54,618 nt of DNA from Euryarchaeota archaeon UBA181 (GTDB lineage: Archaea > Thermoplasmatota > Poseidoniia > Poseidoniales > Thalassarchaeaceae). Below the pieces are notes generated by a model. It saw only the letters and a list, made by a program, of their open reading frames with translations, was not told the origin of the DNA and did not search any database. The stretch lies in the NCBI GenBank assembly GCA_002496725.1, contig DALI01000068.1, positions 1 through 54,618 on the forward strand. The letters are read 5' to 3'. Below, piece by piece: positions 8,225-17,277 of this stretch. Position 1 is the first letter of the stretch; every line of letters begins with the position of its first letter. The translations under genes were made by a program, and so were the position numbers.

Positions 8225-11200
8225 GTGACCAAGCGCGCCGTTGTCCTCGTACTCTCCGTCCTGCTCCTGTCATATCTGCCTATTCTGGGCGAAGACGATG
8301 ATCGAGTAAAGCCACAACAGGAAGGTCTGGAGTATTCATTGGAGCGTGTCGAGATATCCCCTGATCCAAATAGCATCAGGAGTCTGGGGAGTCCCTCAAT
8401 ATACGATGGCCCTGAAGATTCCAGGCAAGTTATCGCCCACTCATCGATAGGAACCTACTCTCTCAATGGATTAATTCCTAGTACTCACATGGACCATTCA
8501 CTTGAGATTCCTAGGTCCGATCTAGCCATTGCTCTAGTGGATGGACAGACCGGCCTGTGGGATGCTAGGATGGACATTCTCCAATTGGAGGGAATCTCAA
8601 TCAGATCCACTATCCCCCCTTCCGGATTCCTAATCCAAGGGAGCCATTCATCTCTCGTTAAGCTGAATTCCCTAGAGTCCGTTGTTTCGATTCATGATGT
8701 TCCAAGCGGATTATTAGTCCATCCCTCTTTGAGGCACACTAGCCAACAATTCGACTTGATGATTGAGGTAATAGGCTGGAAGGGCGATGATATGGTTCGT
8801 CTAGAGAATCCAGGGCTAGGTCTTGACGACTCTTTGCATTCTGTGGCTCCTCAAATGACCGATGCCTGGTCTCCCGAGCCAGGGGTGTTGTGGGGCAAGA
8901 TATCTTCGACAAACATATCTGAAATCATCTCTCATCCATCCGTCTCATACATATCCCCCCTCCCAATACTCGTTCTTCACAATGACCAAGCAAGGGTAAA
9001 TATGGGAATTAATAGTGTTGAGAATGCCTTCATTACTGGTCTGAATGGTAGTGGACAGATTGTTGCAGTAGGAGACTCAGGTTTAGATAACGATCACGGG
9101 GATTTTACAGGTAGAATTTCTGGCATCACTTCCGTAACACCAGGTGACTCCTCAACCGCTGACCCAAGTGATGGTCACGGGACACATGTTGCATGTACAG
9201 TGCTTGGCTCAGGCTTCAGGAGCAGTGGGGGATACAAAGGAATCGCTCCCGAGGCAGATCTCTATTTCCAAGCCATGGAAGATGACGATTCGGGGGCATT
9301 GTATAGCTATGGAATAAACTCGATGCTCAATTCAGCCTACAATGCAGGGGCGCGAATACACACAAATAGCTGGGGGTCCACAAGCGGATTTGGAGGCTAC
9401 TCTACTCAGTCGGAGGATGCCGATGATAGAACCTCTACATGGGATCAGTACTGGTCGTATGACGGAATGACAGTTCTTTTCGCTGCGGGCAATGAAAGAG
9501 ATGACGGCGTCTCCCCACCAGGAACTGCAAAGAACGTAATCACGGTTGGAGGGCACAAGAACAGATACAGTGGTGCTCCAGATGAAATGTATTACTGGAG
9601 CAGTAGGGGACCGACCGATGATGGTAGGATAAAACCAGATTTAGTCGCCCCAGGGGACTATGTTCGTTCCTGTAAAGCCCAGGAGGCTAGCTCCGCAGGC
9701 GGCACTTGGTCCAACACATGGTACATGGAGTACAGTGGTACATCCATGGCGACTCCTGCCGCAGCTGGCTCATCCGCACTAGTAAGGGAGTATCTGACCG
9801 AGGTGATAGGTAGGCAGGCACCACAGGGCTCTCTCATCAAGGCCCTCCTAATCTTAGGGGCCAAAGATATGGGAAGTAGAGACATACCAAACAATGATGA
9901 GGGCTGGGGAAGGGTCGATTTAGTTGAATCCCTGATTCCAGATGGAGAAATAGGAATATTTGTTGATGATAGATCTAGGATAAAGAGCGGTCAAGTAGTA
10001 GAATATACCTTCGACGTCAATTCACCTGGCAATGAGTTCAAGGCAGTACTTGCTTGGTCAGATTATCCCGGCTCTTCTAGCTCATCCATTCAACTCAGAA
10101 ACGATCTCGATCTGGAACTCATCTCCCCTGATGGCATTACGTACAAGGGCAATGTCTTCACCAATGGGAGATCCTCTCAAGGAGGGACTAAGGACTCAGT
10201 GAACAATGTCGAAGTCGTCGCTCTTGACAGTACAGCCCAAGGAATCTGGACAATCAGAGTTACGGACTCACAGCATGGCGGGTCTAGGACATGGCAACCG
10301 TTCTCCATAGCAGTAAGGGGCCATAACGTGAATGATCTGAGTGCTGATCCAACATTCGTCCCTGACTCCATGAATATCTCAACTCCTATCCCCCAAGTAG
10401 GGGAGGACGTAGAGGTTTCTGTCCTAGTGAAGAATCTAGGAGCAGGGTCCATAGTAGACGTACCAGTCATCGCCAGAGTCAACTCGGCCCCTCTGGGGGA
10501 GCAACTGGTATCCCTATCTCCGGGTGAGACCGTTGAGCTGATGTGGACATGGTCCCCCGAGAGTGAGGGAGATGCGGCCTTCGAATTCTTCATCGACCCA
10601 AACAATCAATTCGATGAGATGTCAGACTCCAATAATTATCTTGGAGATATTGTGATCGTCAGTGCCCCAGGAGTCAGAGTTTCGGCACAGCAGGACACGA
10701 TTATCTTAGTAGACACATCATCCACCACATCTACCTGGGACTTAACTCTGACAAATACCGCACTCTTCGAGACAAATGCTACGATATCCGCCACCTCTCC
10801 CGTTAGAATCCAAGACGGCACGCAATTCGGCTGGTTCCAGTCTTTCACCTCAAACACGTTCAACCTCATGCCCGCTGAGCAAGTTTCTGTTGGGATGACT
10901 ATGGTTCACCCAGCTCCCCCTCCCCCTGGAATCTACTCAATGACACTATCAGGATACGATTTGGAGAACGATATACAATCAGATATCACACTATATTTCG
11001 AAGTCCCCGTTCTAGCAGACGCAGACATACAACTACTGAATGAGCAGATTCTTGTCAATCCATTTGATTCAACCAGTACCCAAATTACGATCGTCAATGA
11101 TGGAAATGGTGCCCAATCATACGATGTCGAGCTCGTTTCTCCTGCGGGATGGCATCTGGGACTCGACTCAATAGGGACGTTCGAAGGATCCTCACATGGA

Positions 11201-12709
11201 TCCACTGGAACATTGCAGAAAGACTCCAGTAGGACTGTTGACATCACAATCAATCCACCTGGTGCAATGATACCCGCGGGAACAACCTTCGAAGCGGCAA
11301 TAATCCTACACTCAAGGGTAAGCTCGGTTTCTTGGACACAGGACATCTTCCTCATCGTAGGCTCAGTGGACGAGTTCTCACTATCTCCCCAATCTGGGGA
11401 AGTAAAGGAAGAAATCTCTCCAGATTCCCTTCTCTTAATCGATTTCTCAATCGAAAATATTGGCAATAGGGATTGGGAAATGACCCCTTATCTGATGACT
11501 GTTCCCGGAGGGTGGAATGTTGTAGGGCCTCTCAGTGCAGTGACAGTTCCCGCTGGCCAAACCGTACTTTGGTCAATGGAGCTACAGGGTAATGGAATTG
11601 CTACAAGTGGCCTCATTGAGATTAGACTAGCCACCTCTGATGGATTCAGAATTGACTGGAATACTACAATAGAGGTTCTCTCTGCGGCATCACCCCAACT
11701 AATGTTTAACCAGGTATTTCTTCCAGATGGCTCTTCCTCCGATGAAATCCTAGGTGTTGGCTCCCATCCAGTTGGAGAACCTGGATTCGACCTCCACTGG
11801 ATGGTTTGGAACGAAGGCTCGGGAGTATGGAGGCCAACCACGGTCCTAGATCTGCCAAATCAAGAGTGGTCATCATCATGTTCTTCTCCTTCTTCACTTG
11901 CTCCAGGCGAGTCGGATATAGTTGAGTGCCTAGTGGTAATTCCCGATGACGAGCCTGCTGGATCAGAACCGATAATCACTCTGATTATGGAGGGGGACGG
12001 AATCGAGATTAGAGATACAAAGTCACTTCTCGTAGAGGACTCTCCAAGGCTATCTTGGACACTGCAAACAGAGCCTATAGCCCATGAAGGATATACATCC
12101 TCATACAGAATATCTGTAACTAACACAGGGAATAGCGATGTCTCACATACATTCGACGTTGAGGCCCCGGAATCCTGGAATGCTAGGGCTATCGATGGCG
12201 TGAGAATTGTGTTAAGTCCCGGTGAATCACGAAGTGTAATATTGGAGTTCACGCCCAATAGTGGCTCAGATTCGACAATATCAATCAATCTGATCAATTC
12301 CCAAGATTTCGAGGGCTCAACATTTGAAATTCCTGTTGACGTTATGCCATCACTAGGTAGTAACTCAGACTTAGGGGATTACCTTCCCTTCATACTGGGA
12401 ACCCTCCTCATCGCCGTGTTCGCCGCTCTCGGTACCTATGCTTATGTCAGGACTAATGGAGATCCTCTGAGTATGCTGAACAATAAGACACAAGGGAGAA
12501 GAGCAAGGTTGAATGACGCTCCTGAGATGGATAGTACTGGTGTCCCATGTTGGATATGTAGTACTGATGTTTCTGTTGGAAATGCACTAGCCTGCTCCTC
12601 GTGCGGTGCTAGATATCACAAGCAGAACCAAGTCAATGGATGTGATATTATCTCCATGGGAAGATGCCTGCATTGTGATGCAGATGTCGATGAACTCGTA
12701 GAGGCCTGA
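8225..12709 (+). CDS. Membrane-anchored subtilisin-like serine protease (peptidase S8) with beta-barrel post-domain, multiple CARDB/NEW3-like modules, TM helix and cytoplasmic zinc-finger tail
   Basis: GTG start with GGAGG 7 nt upstream and signal peptide MTKRAVVLVLSVLLLSYLPILG. Catalytic triad motifs are VGDSGLD (Asp codon 9074-9076), DGHGTHVA (His 9176-9178) and SGTSMATPAAAG (Ser 9743-9745). LAWSDYPG...LRNDLDLELISPDGITYKGN resembles the jelly-roll domain that follows KP-43-type subtilases. Repeats carry VSVLVKNLGAGS, QITIVNDGNGAQ, DFSIENIGNRDW and YRISVTNTGNSD. The TM helix YLPFILGTLLIAVFAALGTYAYV is at nt 12380-12448. Confidence 0.9.
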   Translation: MTKRAVVLVLSVLLLSYLPILGEDDDRVKPQQEGLEYSLERVEISPDPNSIRSLGSPSIYDGPEDSRQVIAHSSIGTYSLNGLIPSTHMDHSLEIPRSDLAIALVDGQTGLWDARMDILQLEGISIRSTIPPSGFLIQGSHSSLVKLNSLESVVSIHDVPSGLLVHPSLRHTSQQFDLMIEVIGWKGDDMVRLENPGLGLDDSLHSVAPQMTDAWSPEPGVLWGKISSTNISEIISHPSVSYISPLPILVLHNDQARVNMGINSVENAFITGLNGSGQIVAVGDSGLDNDHGDFTGRISGITSVTPGDSSTADPSDGHGTHVACTVLGSGFRSSGGYKGIAPEADLYFQAMEDDDSGALYSYGINSMLNSAYNAGARIHTNSWGSTSGFGGYSTQSEDADDRTSTWDQYWSYDGMTVLFAAGNERDDGVSPPGTAKNVITVGGHKNRYSGAPDEMYYWSSRGPTDDGRIKPDLVAPGDYVRSCKAQEASSAGGTWSNTWYMEYSGTSMATPAAAGSSALVREYLTEVIGRQAPQGSLIKALLILGAKDMGSRDIPNNDEGWGRVDLVESLIPDGEIGIFVDDRSRIKSGQVVEYTFDVNSPGNEFKAVLAWSDYPGSSSSSIQLRNDLDLELISPDGITYKGNVFTNGRSSQGGTKDSVNNVEVVALDSTAQGIWTIRVTDSQHGGSRTWQPFSIAVRGHNVNDLSADPTFVPDSMNISTPIPQVGEDVEVSVLVKNLGAGSIVDVPVIARVNSAPLGEQLVSLSPGETVELMWTWSPESEGDAAFEFFIDPNNQFDEMSDSNNYLGDIVIVSAPGVRVSAQQDTIILVDTSSTTSTWDLTLTNTALFETNATISATSPVRIQDGTQFGWFQSFTSNTFNLMPAEQVSVGMTMVHPAPPPPGIYSMTLSGYDLENDIQSDITLYFEVPVLADADIQLLNEQILVNPFDSTSTQITIVNDGNGAQSYDVELVSPAGWHLGLDSIGTFEGSSHGSTGTLQKDSSRTVDITINPPGAMIPAGTTFEAAIILHSRVSSVSWTQDIFLIVGSVDEFSLSPQSGEVKEEISPDSLLLIDFSIENIGNRDWEMTPYLMTVPGGWNVVGPLSAVTVPAGQTVLWSMELQGNGIATSGLIEIRLATSDGFRIDWNTTIEVLSAASPQLMFNQVFLPDGSSSDEILGVGSHPVGEPGFDLHWMVWNEGSGVWRPTTVLDLPNQEWSSSCSSPSSLAPGESDIVECLVVIPDDEPAGSEPIITLIMEGDGIEIRDTKSLLVEDSPRLSWTLQTEPIAHEGYTSSYRISVTNTGNSDVSHTFDVEAPESWNARAIDGVRIVLSPGESRSVILEFTPNSGSDSTISINLINSQDFEGSTFEIPVDVMPSLGSNSDLGDYLPFILGTLLIAVFAALGTYAYVRTNGDPLSMLNNKTQGRRARLNDAPEMDSTGVPCWICSTDVSVGNALACSSCGARYHKQNQVNGCDIISMGRCLHCDADVDELVEA
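12548..12676 (+). other. C-x2-C-x11-C-x2-C-x4-H-x7-C-x7-C-x2-C (C4HC3 order) zinc-finger motif on the cytoplasmic tail of the S8 protease
   Basis: CWICSTDVSVGNALACSSCGARYHKQNQVNGCDIISMGRCLHC read directly from the translation, ~30 aa after the TM helix and basic stop-transfer (RTNG...RRAR). Confidence 0.55.
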
Positions 12710-12761
12710 CAATCGTATCTCTAGCGGTCATAGGGTGCGAAGGGCTTAGAGGGTCGGTATT

Positions 12762-15464
12762 GTGCGAAATGTGATGGTTAGCAGAAGACCCCTGACTTTT
12801 TTCATTGTAATCATGCTTCTAAGTATGTCTGCAACCGTTGTTTCCGCCGATGTAGACATTTCTCTTTCCGCGAACCCAAGCTCAGCTGAGGCAACACCAG
12901 ATGAGGCCGCTGAGTACAACATATTGATCCAGAACTCAGGGGATGATGATGCCGCTGTCTCCCTCAGTACCCAACAAGGAAATGATTGTAACGGGTTCTC
13001 CTCGACTTTGGAAACCACATTCGTTCAGGTCGGGTCTCAATCCTCAGAGTCAGTTACCCTCACTGTCACAGTCACCGACCAAGCCAGTGGTGAGTGTGAG
13101 ACTACTGTAAATGCACAGGGGCAGGTATCCGGTGGTGCACCAGGAACTCCTTCGAATGCTGATGTCACCGTTGTAACTACAGCAGGAGACGGAGGGGGGC
13201 TATATTCCGTAAGCCTCTCCACTGATGAGTCCACAACAAAAAACTATGATGGCGAGGATAATGATGTTACCTGGGATGTCGATGTAGAGAACAACGGGGA
13301 ACAGCAGGCGAACGTGCAACTGGAGATGATCTCTGACAGTGACTGCGAGTCAGATGAACTATCTGCTACAGTAGACCCCTCCGTTCTTCAGTTAGAGCCA
13401 GAAGCGCAGGAAGAAGTCACTGTTACTGTGGATATGCCAAATGGGGGTGAAACTGACGCAGGGTCCCATTGTTTCATATTGAAGGCCACTGTTACCAATG
13501 ATCCAAATGCGGCCGACCAAGCTGAAGATAATTTGACCCTGAGCCTCAATGTTCCGCAAATAAGGGAATGTGACGCATCTCTACAGTATAGCTCTCACAA
13601 CCTCGACCCCGGAGAGTCAGCACCAAATTCCATCGAAGTCGAGAACATTGGAAACACGGAGTGGACTGTGACGGCAAATGCACAGTCTGTAGATGGTGAG
13701 GATATTTCAGAGTGGATAGATTTCGACAGTCCTCGGAGTACGCTCTTGGAAGAGCCGGGTAGCTCAGAAGATACTCATACATTCACATTCGAAGTAACTC
13801 CAGACGACTCTCTTGAGGCAGGAACCCAAGTTGCAATTGGAATACAGGGTAGAGCTGGTTCTGAGATAGGATGTGAGAAAATTCTCACAGTCACTGTGGG
13901 GCAAGAGTTCGGTGCTTCTATGGCACTAAGTAAGTCAACTCTCTCGAACGTACAACCGGGGTCATCCGGGATCCTTTCATTACAGGTCACAAATCAAGGG
14001 AACGGCCAGGAAACTATGGCATTAGGTACATCGGGCATACCTGCTGGATGGCAAGTCTCATTCTCACAGTCATCAGTTACTCTCGGCAGTTCCCAATCAT
14101 CCACCAACAGGGAGACCGTAGATGTGGAAGTATTCGTCCCTGAGGACGCTAGCGCAGAGTCCGATGCTGTAATCACCTTCACAGTGGGCAGAGGAGGAGG
14201 CTCCACCCCATATGCGTCCGGGGATCTCACTGTATCTGTAGCCGCTAGGCACGAGGTCTCCACGTCAATGGTATCGGATCAACAGACTGGTAGATCTGAT
14301 CAGATTGTGCAGTTCCCAATTGTTGTTACTAACTCAGGTAATATTCAGGACACTTTCAGACTACAAGCTTGTGATCCTGGGGATCAGACAGGATGTAGTA
14401 ACCCAATGTGGCAATCTTCGTTTTCAGATTCAGCCGGTAATTCCATCTCACAGATAGTACTTGATCAGGGCGAGTCAGATCAGATTTATCTGGATGTACT
14501 GGTAGAGGGAGAAGAAGATGCAGACTCCGCAGACGTACTTGTGAGGATAGGTATCTTCGGAACTAGCGAGTCCTCAGAGCATACTGTTTCTGTAATAGTC
14601 TCGAATTATAATTATGGAATGGCGGTGTCCCCTCAATCACCCGGAGATGTCCCAGGACAAATGGATGTCATCCTGCCTCCTGGAGGCTTGTTATCGTCAT
14701 TCTTCTGGATAGATAATACGGGAGACTATCCGGCGGGGGATACTGCAGTTATTACAATAACAGGATTAGAATCATCAGTTACTAGGAACGTTTTCGTTGA
14801 TGGGGTTGAGATTGAGAACTCTATTCAGATCCCGAGAGAAGGAAGAGTTCTCGTAGAGGTCCAGATGGAAGTGATGGAAGGCGTCTCCAATGGAGTATCT
14901 GGCATACTAAAGGTATCAGCGGCTTCTGAGAGGAACGCCGCTCAGACCACATCCATTGACGTGATGATACAAGTCATGACGATACATGATCTAACATTCA
15001 CGCTTGAAGGCGAGGATGAGCAGACCTTAGAATATCCAGACAAGGCATTCTTCAGCATGTTTGTCACAAATAATGGAAATGTCGTTGAGGATGTCGAGGT
15101 GAAATCAGGAGAGTCCCTCAGAGGTTGGACGATTGACGTTATTGAAGACGAGTTCCAGCTTCAGCCCGGTGAAACCAGAGAGATTCAAGTCCGAGCAACA
15201 CCTCCCTCTGAACTCCTCGGCGATGATACGTACAGGTTCACAGTAATTGCTCAGCCTGAGGGGATTCCAGTCGCAGGTCAGCCAATCGAGCTCACTGTAA
15301 TTGCCATCTCTTCCAATTCCTTCCTAAATCTGTCAGAGGAGGTCCAAGACATACTGGTGTATGGGTTAACTGGCTTCGGCGCACTACTAGTAATCGCTCT
15401 TTTCTTACGCTCTAGAGCAGAAAATAAGAGGATAGTTCGGGCACTCGATCAAGATGACTCATAG
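12762..15464 (+). CDS. Secreted, C-terminally anchored protein of about seven tandem CARDB/NEW3 (COG1470-like) beta-sandwich modules
   Basis: GTG at 12762 with GAGGGT 7 nt upstream (alternative ATG at 12774) and a signal peptide ...FIVIMLLSMSATVVSA. There are seven [VI]-x-N-x-G motifs: LIQNSGD, DVENNGE, EVENIGN, QVTNQGN, VVTNSGN, WIDNTGD, FVTNNGN. The first three modules each hold a Cys pair. The C-terminal TM helix ILVYGLTGFGALLVIALFL is followed by RSRAENKR. Confidence 0.8.
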   Translation: MRNVMVSRRPLTFFIVIMLLSMSATVVSADVDISLSANPSSAEATPDEAAEYNILIQNSGDDDAAVSLSTQQGNDCNGFSSTLETTFVQVGSQSSESVTLTVTVTDQASGECETTVNAQGQVSGGAPGTPSNADVTVVTTAGDGGGLYSVSLSTDESTTKNYDGEDNDVTWDVDVENNGEQQANVQLEMISDSDCESDELSATVDPSVLQLEPEAQEEVTVTVDMPNGGETDAGSHCFILKATVTNDPNAADQAEDNLTLSLNVPQIRECDASLQYSSHNLDPGESAPNSIEVENIGNTEWTVTANAQSVDGEDISEWIDFDSPRSTLLEEPGSSEDTHTFTFEVTPDDSLEAGTQVAIGIQGRAGSEIGCEKILTVTVGQEFGASMALSKSTLSNVQPGSSGILSLQVTNQGNGQETMALGTSGIPAGWQVSFSQSSVTLGSSQSSTNRETVDVEVFVPEDASAESDAVITFTVGRGGGSTPYASGDLTVSVAARHEVSTSMVSDQQTGRSDQIVQFPIVVTNSGNIQDTFRLQACDPGDQTGCSNPMWQSSFSDSAGNSISQIVLDQGESDQIYLDVLVEGEEDADSADVLVRIGIFGTSESSEHTVSVIVSNYNYGMAVSPQSPGDVPGQMDVILPPGGLLSSFFWIDNTGDYPAGDTAVITITGLESSVTRNVFVDGVEIENSIQIPREGRVLVEVQMEVMEGVSNGVSGILKVSAASERNAAQTTSIDVMIQVMTIHDLTFTLEGEDEQTLEYPDKAFFSMFVTNNGNVVEDVEVKSGESLRGWTIDVIEDEFQLQPGETREIQVRATPPSELLGDDTYRFTVIAQPEGIPVAGQPIELTVIAISSNSFLNLSEEVQDILVYGLTGFGALLVIALFLRSRAENKRIVRALDQDDS

Positions 15465-15525
15465 TGGGTCATACTGACTCCACACCGGATAGGCTTATTT
15501 CCCAATTTCAGGTGGCTCACGTTAA

Positions 15526-15542
15526 CGGTCCCTACGGGACCG
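15526..15542 (+). promoter_or_regulatory. 7-bp/3-nt-loop hairpin 4 nt upstream of the nuoA GTG
   Basis: CGGTCCC-TAC-GGGACCG. The function is unknown; it could be a processing, terminator or translation element between the surface locus and the nuo operon. Confidence 0.25.
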
Positions 15543-15546
15543 GTGG

Positions 15547-15996
15547 GTGTTTGTCTTGACTACTGTTCCAGAGGCCTATCTCGCGGTCGCTGTGATGGCT
15601 CTCGTAGGAATCGGTTTCCCTGTCATGAGCTTCATTGGTTCAGGCTTTCTGAGACCTAGAAAAACAGGTAATGATCCGAACAAGCTAAGCTCTTGGCTAC
15701 TTCCAGGATACGAGTCTGACCAGTCACTGTATGTCAGGAGAGAATCTACCTACGAGTGTGGCTCTGATCCTGTAGGCGATGCACATATCAATTTCCATTT
15801 CCAGTATTACTGGTACGCGATAATCTTCTTAGTTTTTGATATCGCATTCATGTTTCTCGCGTTTGGAGGAATACTGGTCATTCAGGAGGGAGCTGTCTCC
15901 ATCTACAGCTCTCTAGCCACTCTGACAATTTTCATTTCACTCATGGGAGCAGGTGTTTGGCATGTTTTCAGGAAGAGAGGAAGAATATACATCTGA
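15547..15996 (+). CDS. nuoA: NADH-quinone oxidoreductase-like complex, subunit A
   Basis: A three-TM protein with the YECG motif (STYECGSDPVG) and FLVFDIAFMFL (the FD-hE region), in first position of the operon. GTG start; the exact start is uncertain. Confidence 0.8.
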   Translation: MFVLTTVPEAYLAVAVMALVGIGFPVMSFIGSGFLRPRKTGNDPNKLSSWLLPGYESDQSLYVRRESTYECGSDPVGDAHINFHFQYYWYAIIFLVFDIAFMFLAFGGILVIQEGAVSIYSSLATLTIFISLMGAGVWHVFRKRGRIYI

Positions 15997-16005
15997 GGTG
16001 ACAGC

Positions 16006-16602
16006 ATGGCAGATGAAGATCAGAATTACGCAGTTTTCAACAGTAGAATGCTAGTTGACACAGTCGGTGACATCACTGACGAAGCACTCAAGGCTAGCCG
16101 TATCAAGGACATAATTGGAGTTCTAGCTGGTAGGATTTTCAATTGGGGTCAGAGAAAGTCACTCTTTCCACTTCACCTGGGAATCAAGTGTTGCGCTCTT
16201 GAGATGGCAGCAGCCGGAGCAAGTCGTTTTGATGCAGAGAGATTCGGAGTATTCTTCCGGTCCAGCCCTAGACAGTGTGACGTCCTACTGGTCAACGGTC
16301 CGATAAGTAAGAAGTTCGCTGACCCCATTGTTCGACTCTGGGAGCAGATGCCTGAGCCCAAGTGGTGTATTGCCATGGGGGAATGTGCAATTTCTGGTGG
16401 CCCCTACTTCCAATCCTACAATATTCTAGAAGGAGTTGATACCATAATTCCAGTTGATGTCTATATCCCAGGATGTCCACCTAGGCCGGAAGCACTGATT
16501 GATGGCTTCGATAAGCTTAGACAAAAAATCATCCGCATAGGTGCGAAACCAAGTAGTAGTCGTCCGGCAACTAAGAGGCCATTGATAGCTGGAGATTTGT
16601 GA
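16006..16602 (+). CDS. nuoB: Complex I subunit B (20 kDa, N2 cluster)
   Basis: CCALEM, PKWCIAMGECAISGGPY and YIPGCPPRPEAL cysteine motifs. GAGGTGA SD upstream. Confidence 0.95.
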   Translation: MADEDQNYAVFNSRMLVDTVGDITDEALKASRIKDIIGVLAGRIFNWGQRKSLFPLHLGIKCCALEMAAAGASRFDAERFGVFFRSSPRQCDVLLVNGPISKKFADPIVRLWEQMPEPKWCIAMGECAISGGPYFQSYNILEGVDTIIPVDVYIPGCPPRPEALIDGFDKLRQKIIRIGAKPSSSRPATKRPLIAGDL

Positions 16603-16609
16603 GGCTATC

Positions 16610-17269
16610 ATGTCTAGAGTAGTACCTTCTTCCACTCAGAAGTCTGCGGCAGAGAAGATGGCAAATGCCATCAGTAGAATCAAGGGTTCTGAAGCAGAGG
16701 TAGTTGAAAGGGCGAGTGGAACCAGATCTAGATGGACGGTTTCGATAAAATGTGACCCTGAAAATTGGAGGGGTCTAGCTGAGAAGCTTTCAAGAACCCA
16801 TGAAGTTGACTATTGCTCTATGATCACTGGAATCCATTGGGCGGAAGGGCCGCCTGAAAAGAAGTGGGAGGTGGTATATCACTTCTTGAGAACGGGAGTT
16901 AAGAATCCACCCGAGATTGATGGTGTGCAACAGCCAATAATCGTCGATCCTACATCAGTCAAGGGTAAGCAGGTCCCTCTTGAGATTGAAGTCAGTATAG
17001 CATTACCAGATACAAGGACTCCCTCAGTTCCCAGTGTTCAAGATATTTGGGTGGGTGCTGATTGGAATGAGAAGGAAACATGGGATCTAGTGGGAATCGA
17101 CTTCGATGGTCATCAAGGAATGCGTCGAGTACTTCAACCACATGAGACTCCTACGGGATATCATCCTCTCCAGAAGCATCACAAAATTCGATACCATGGT
17201 TTCGAAGAGATGTATGACGACGCTCAAGGCTTCTCTCGAAAGCCAGATGATGTTGGAAAAATAAAGTAG
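16610..17269 (+). CDS. nuoC: Complex I subunit C (30 kDa)
   Basis: WVGADWNEKETWDLVGIDFDGHQGMRRVL matches the NuoC signature (W-x-ERE-x-D-x-G-I-x-F-x-GH). Position between B and D. Confidence 0.85.
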   Translation: MSRVVPSSTQKSAAEKMANAISRIKGSEAEVVERASGTRSRWTVSIKCDPENWRGLAEKLSRTHEVDYCSMITGIHWAEGPPEKKWEVVYHFLRTGVKNPPEIDGVQQPIIVDPTSVKGKQVPLEIEVSIALPDTRTPSVPSVQDIWVGADWNEKETWDLVGIDFDGHQGMRRVLQPHETPTGYHPLQKHHKIRYHGFEEMYDDAQGFSRKPDDVGKIK

Positions 17270-17277
17270 GTGAATGA

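Noticed and set aside
15465-15546. The 82-nt spacer before nuoA as a possible small RNA or tRNA.
   Set aside because: It contains only one short 7-bp hairpin with a 3-nt loop. There is no cloverleaf or other extended pairing that I could find.
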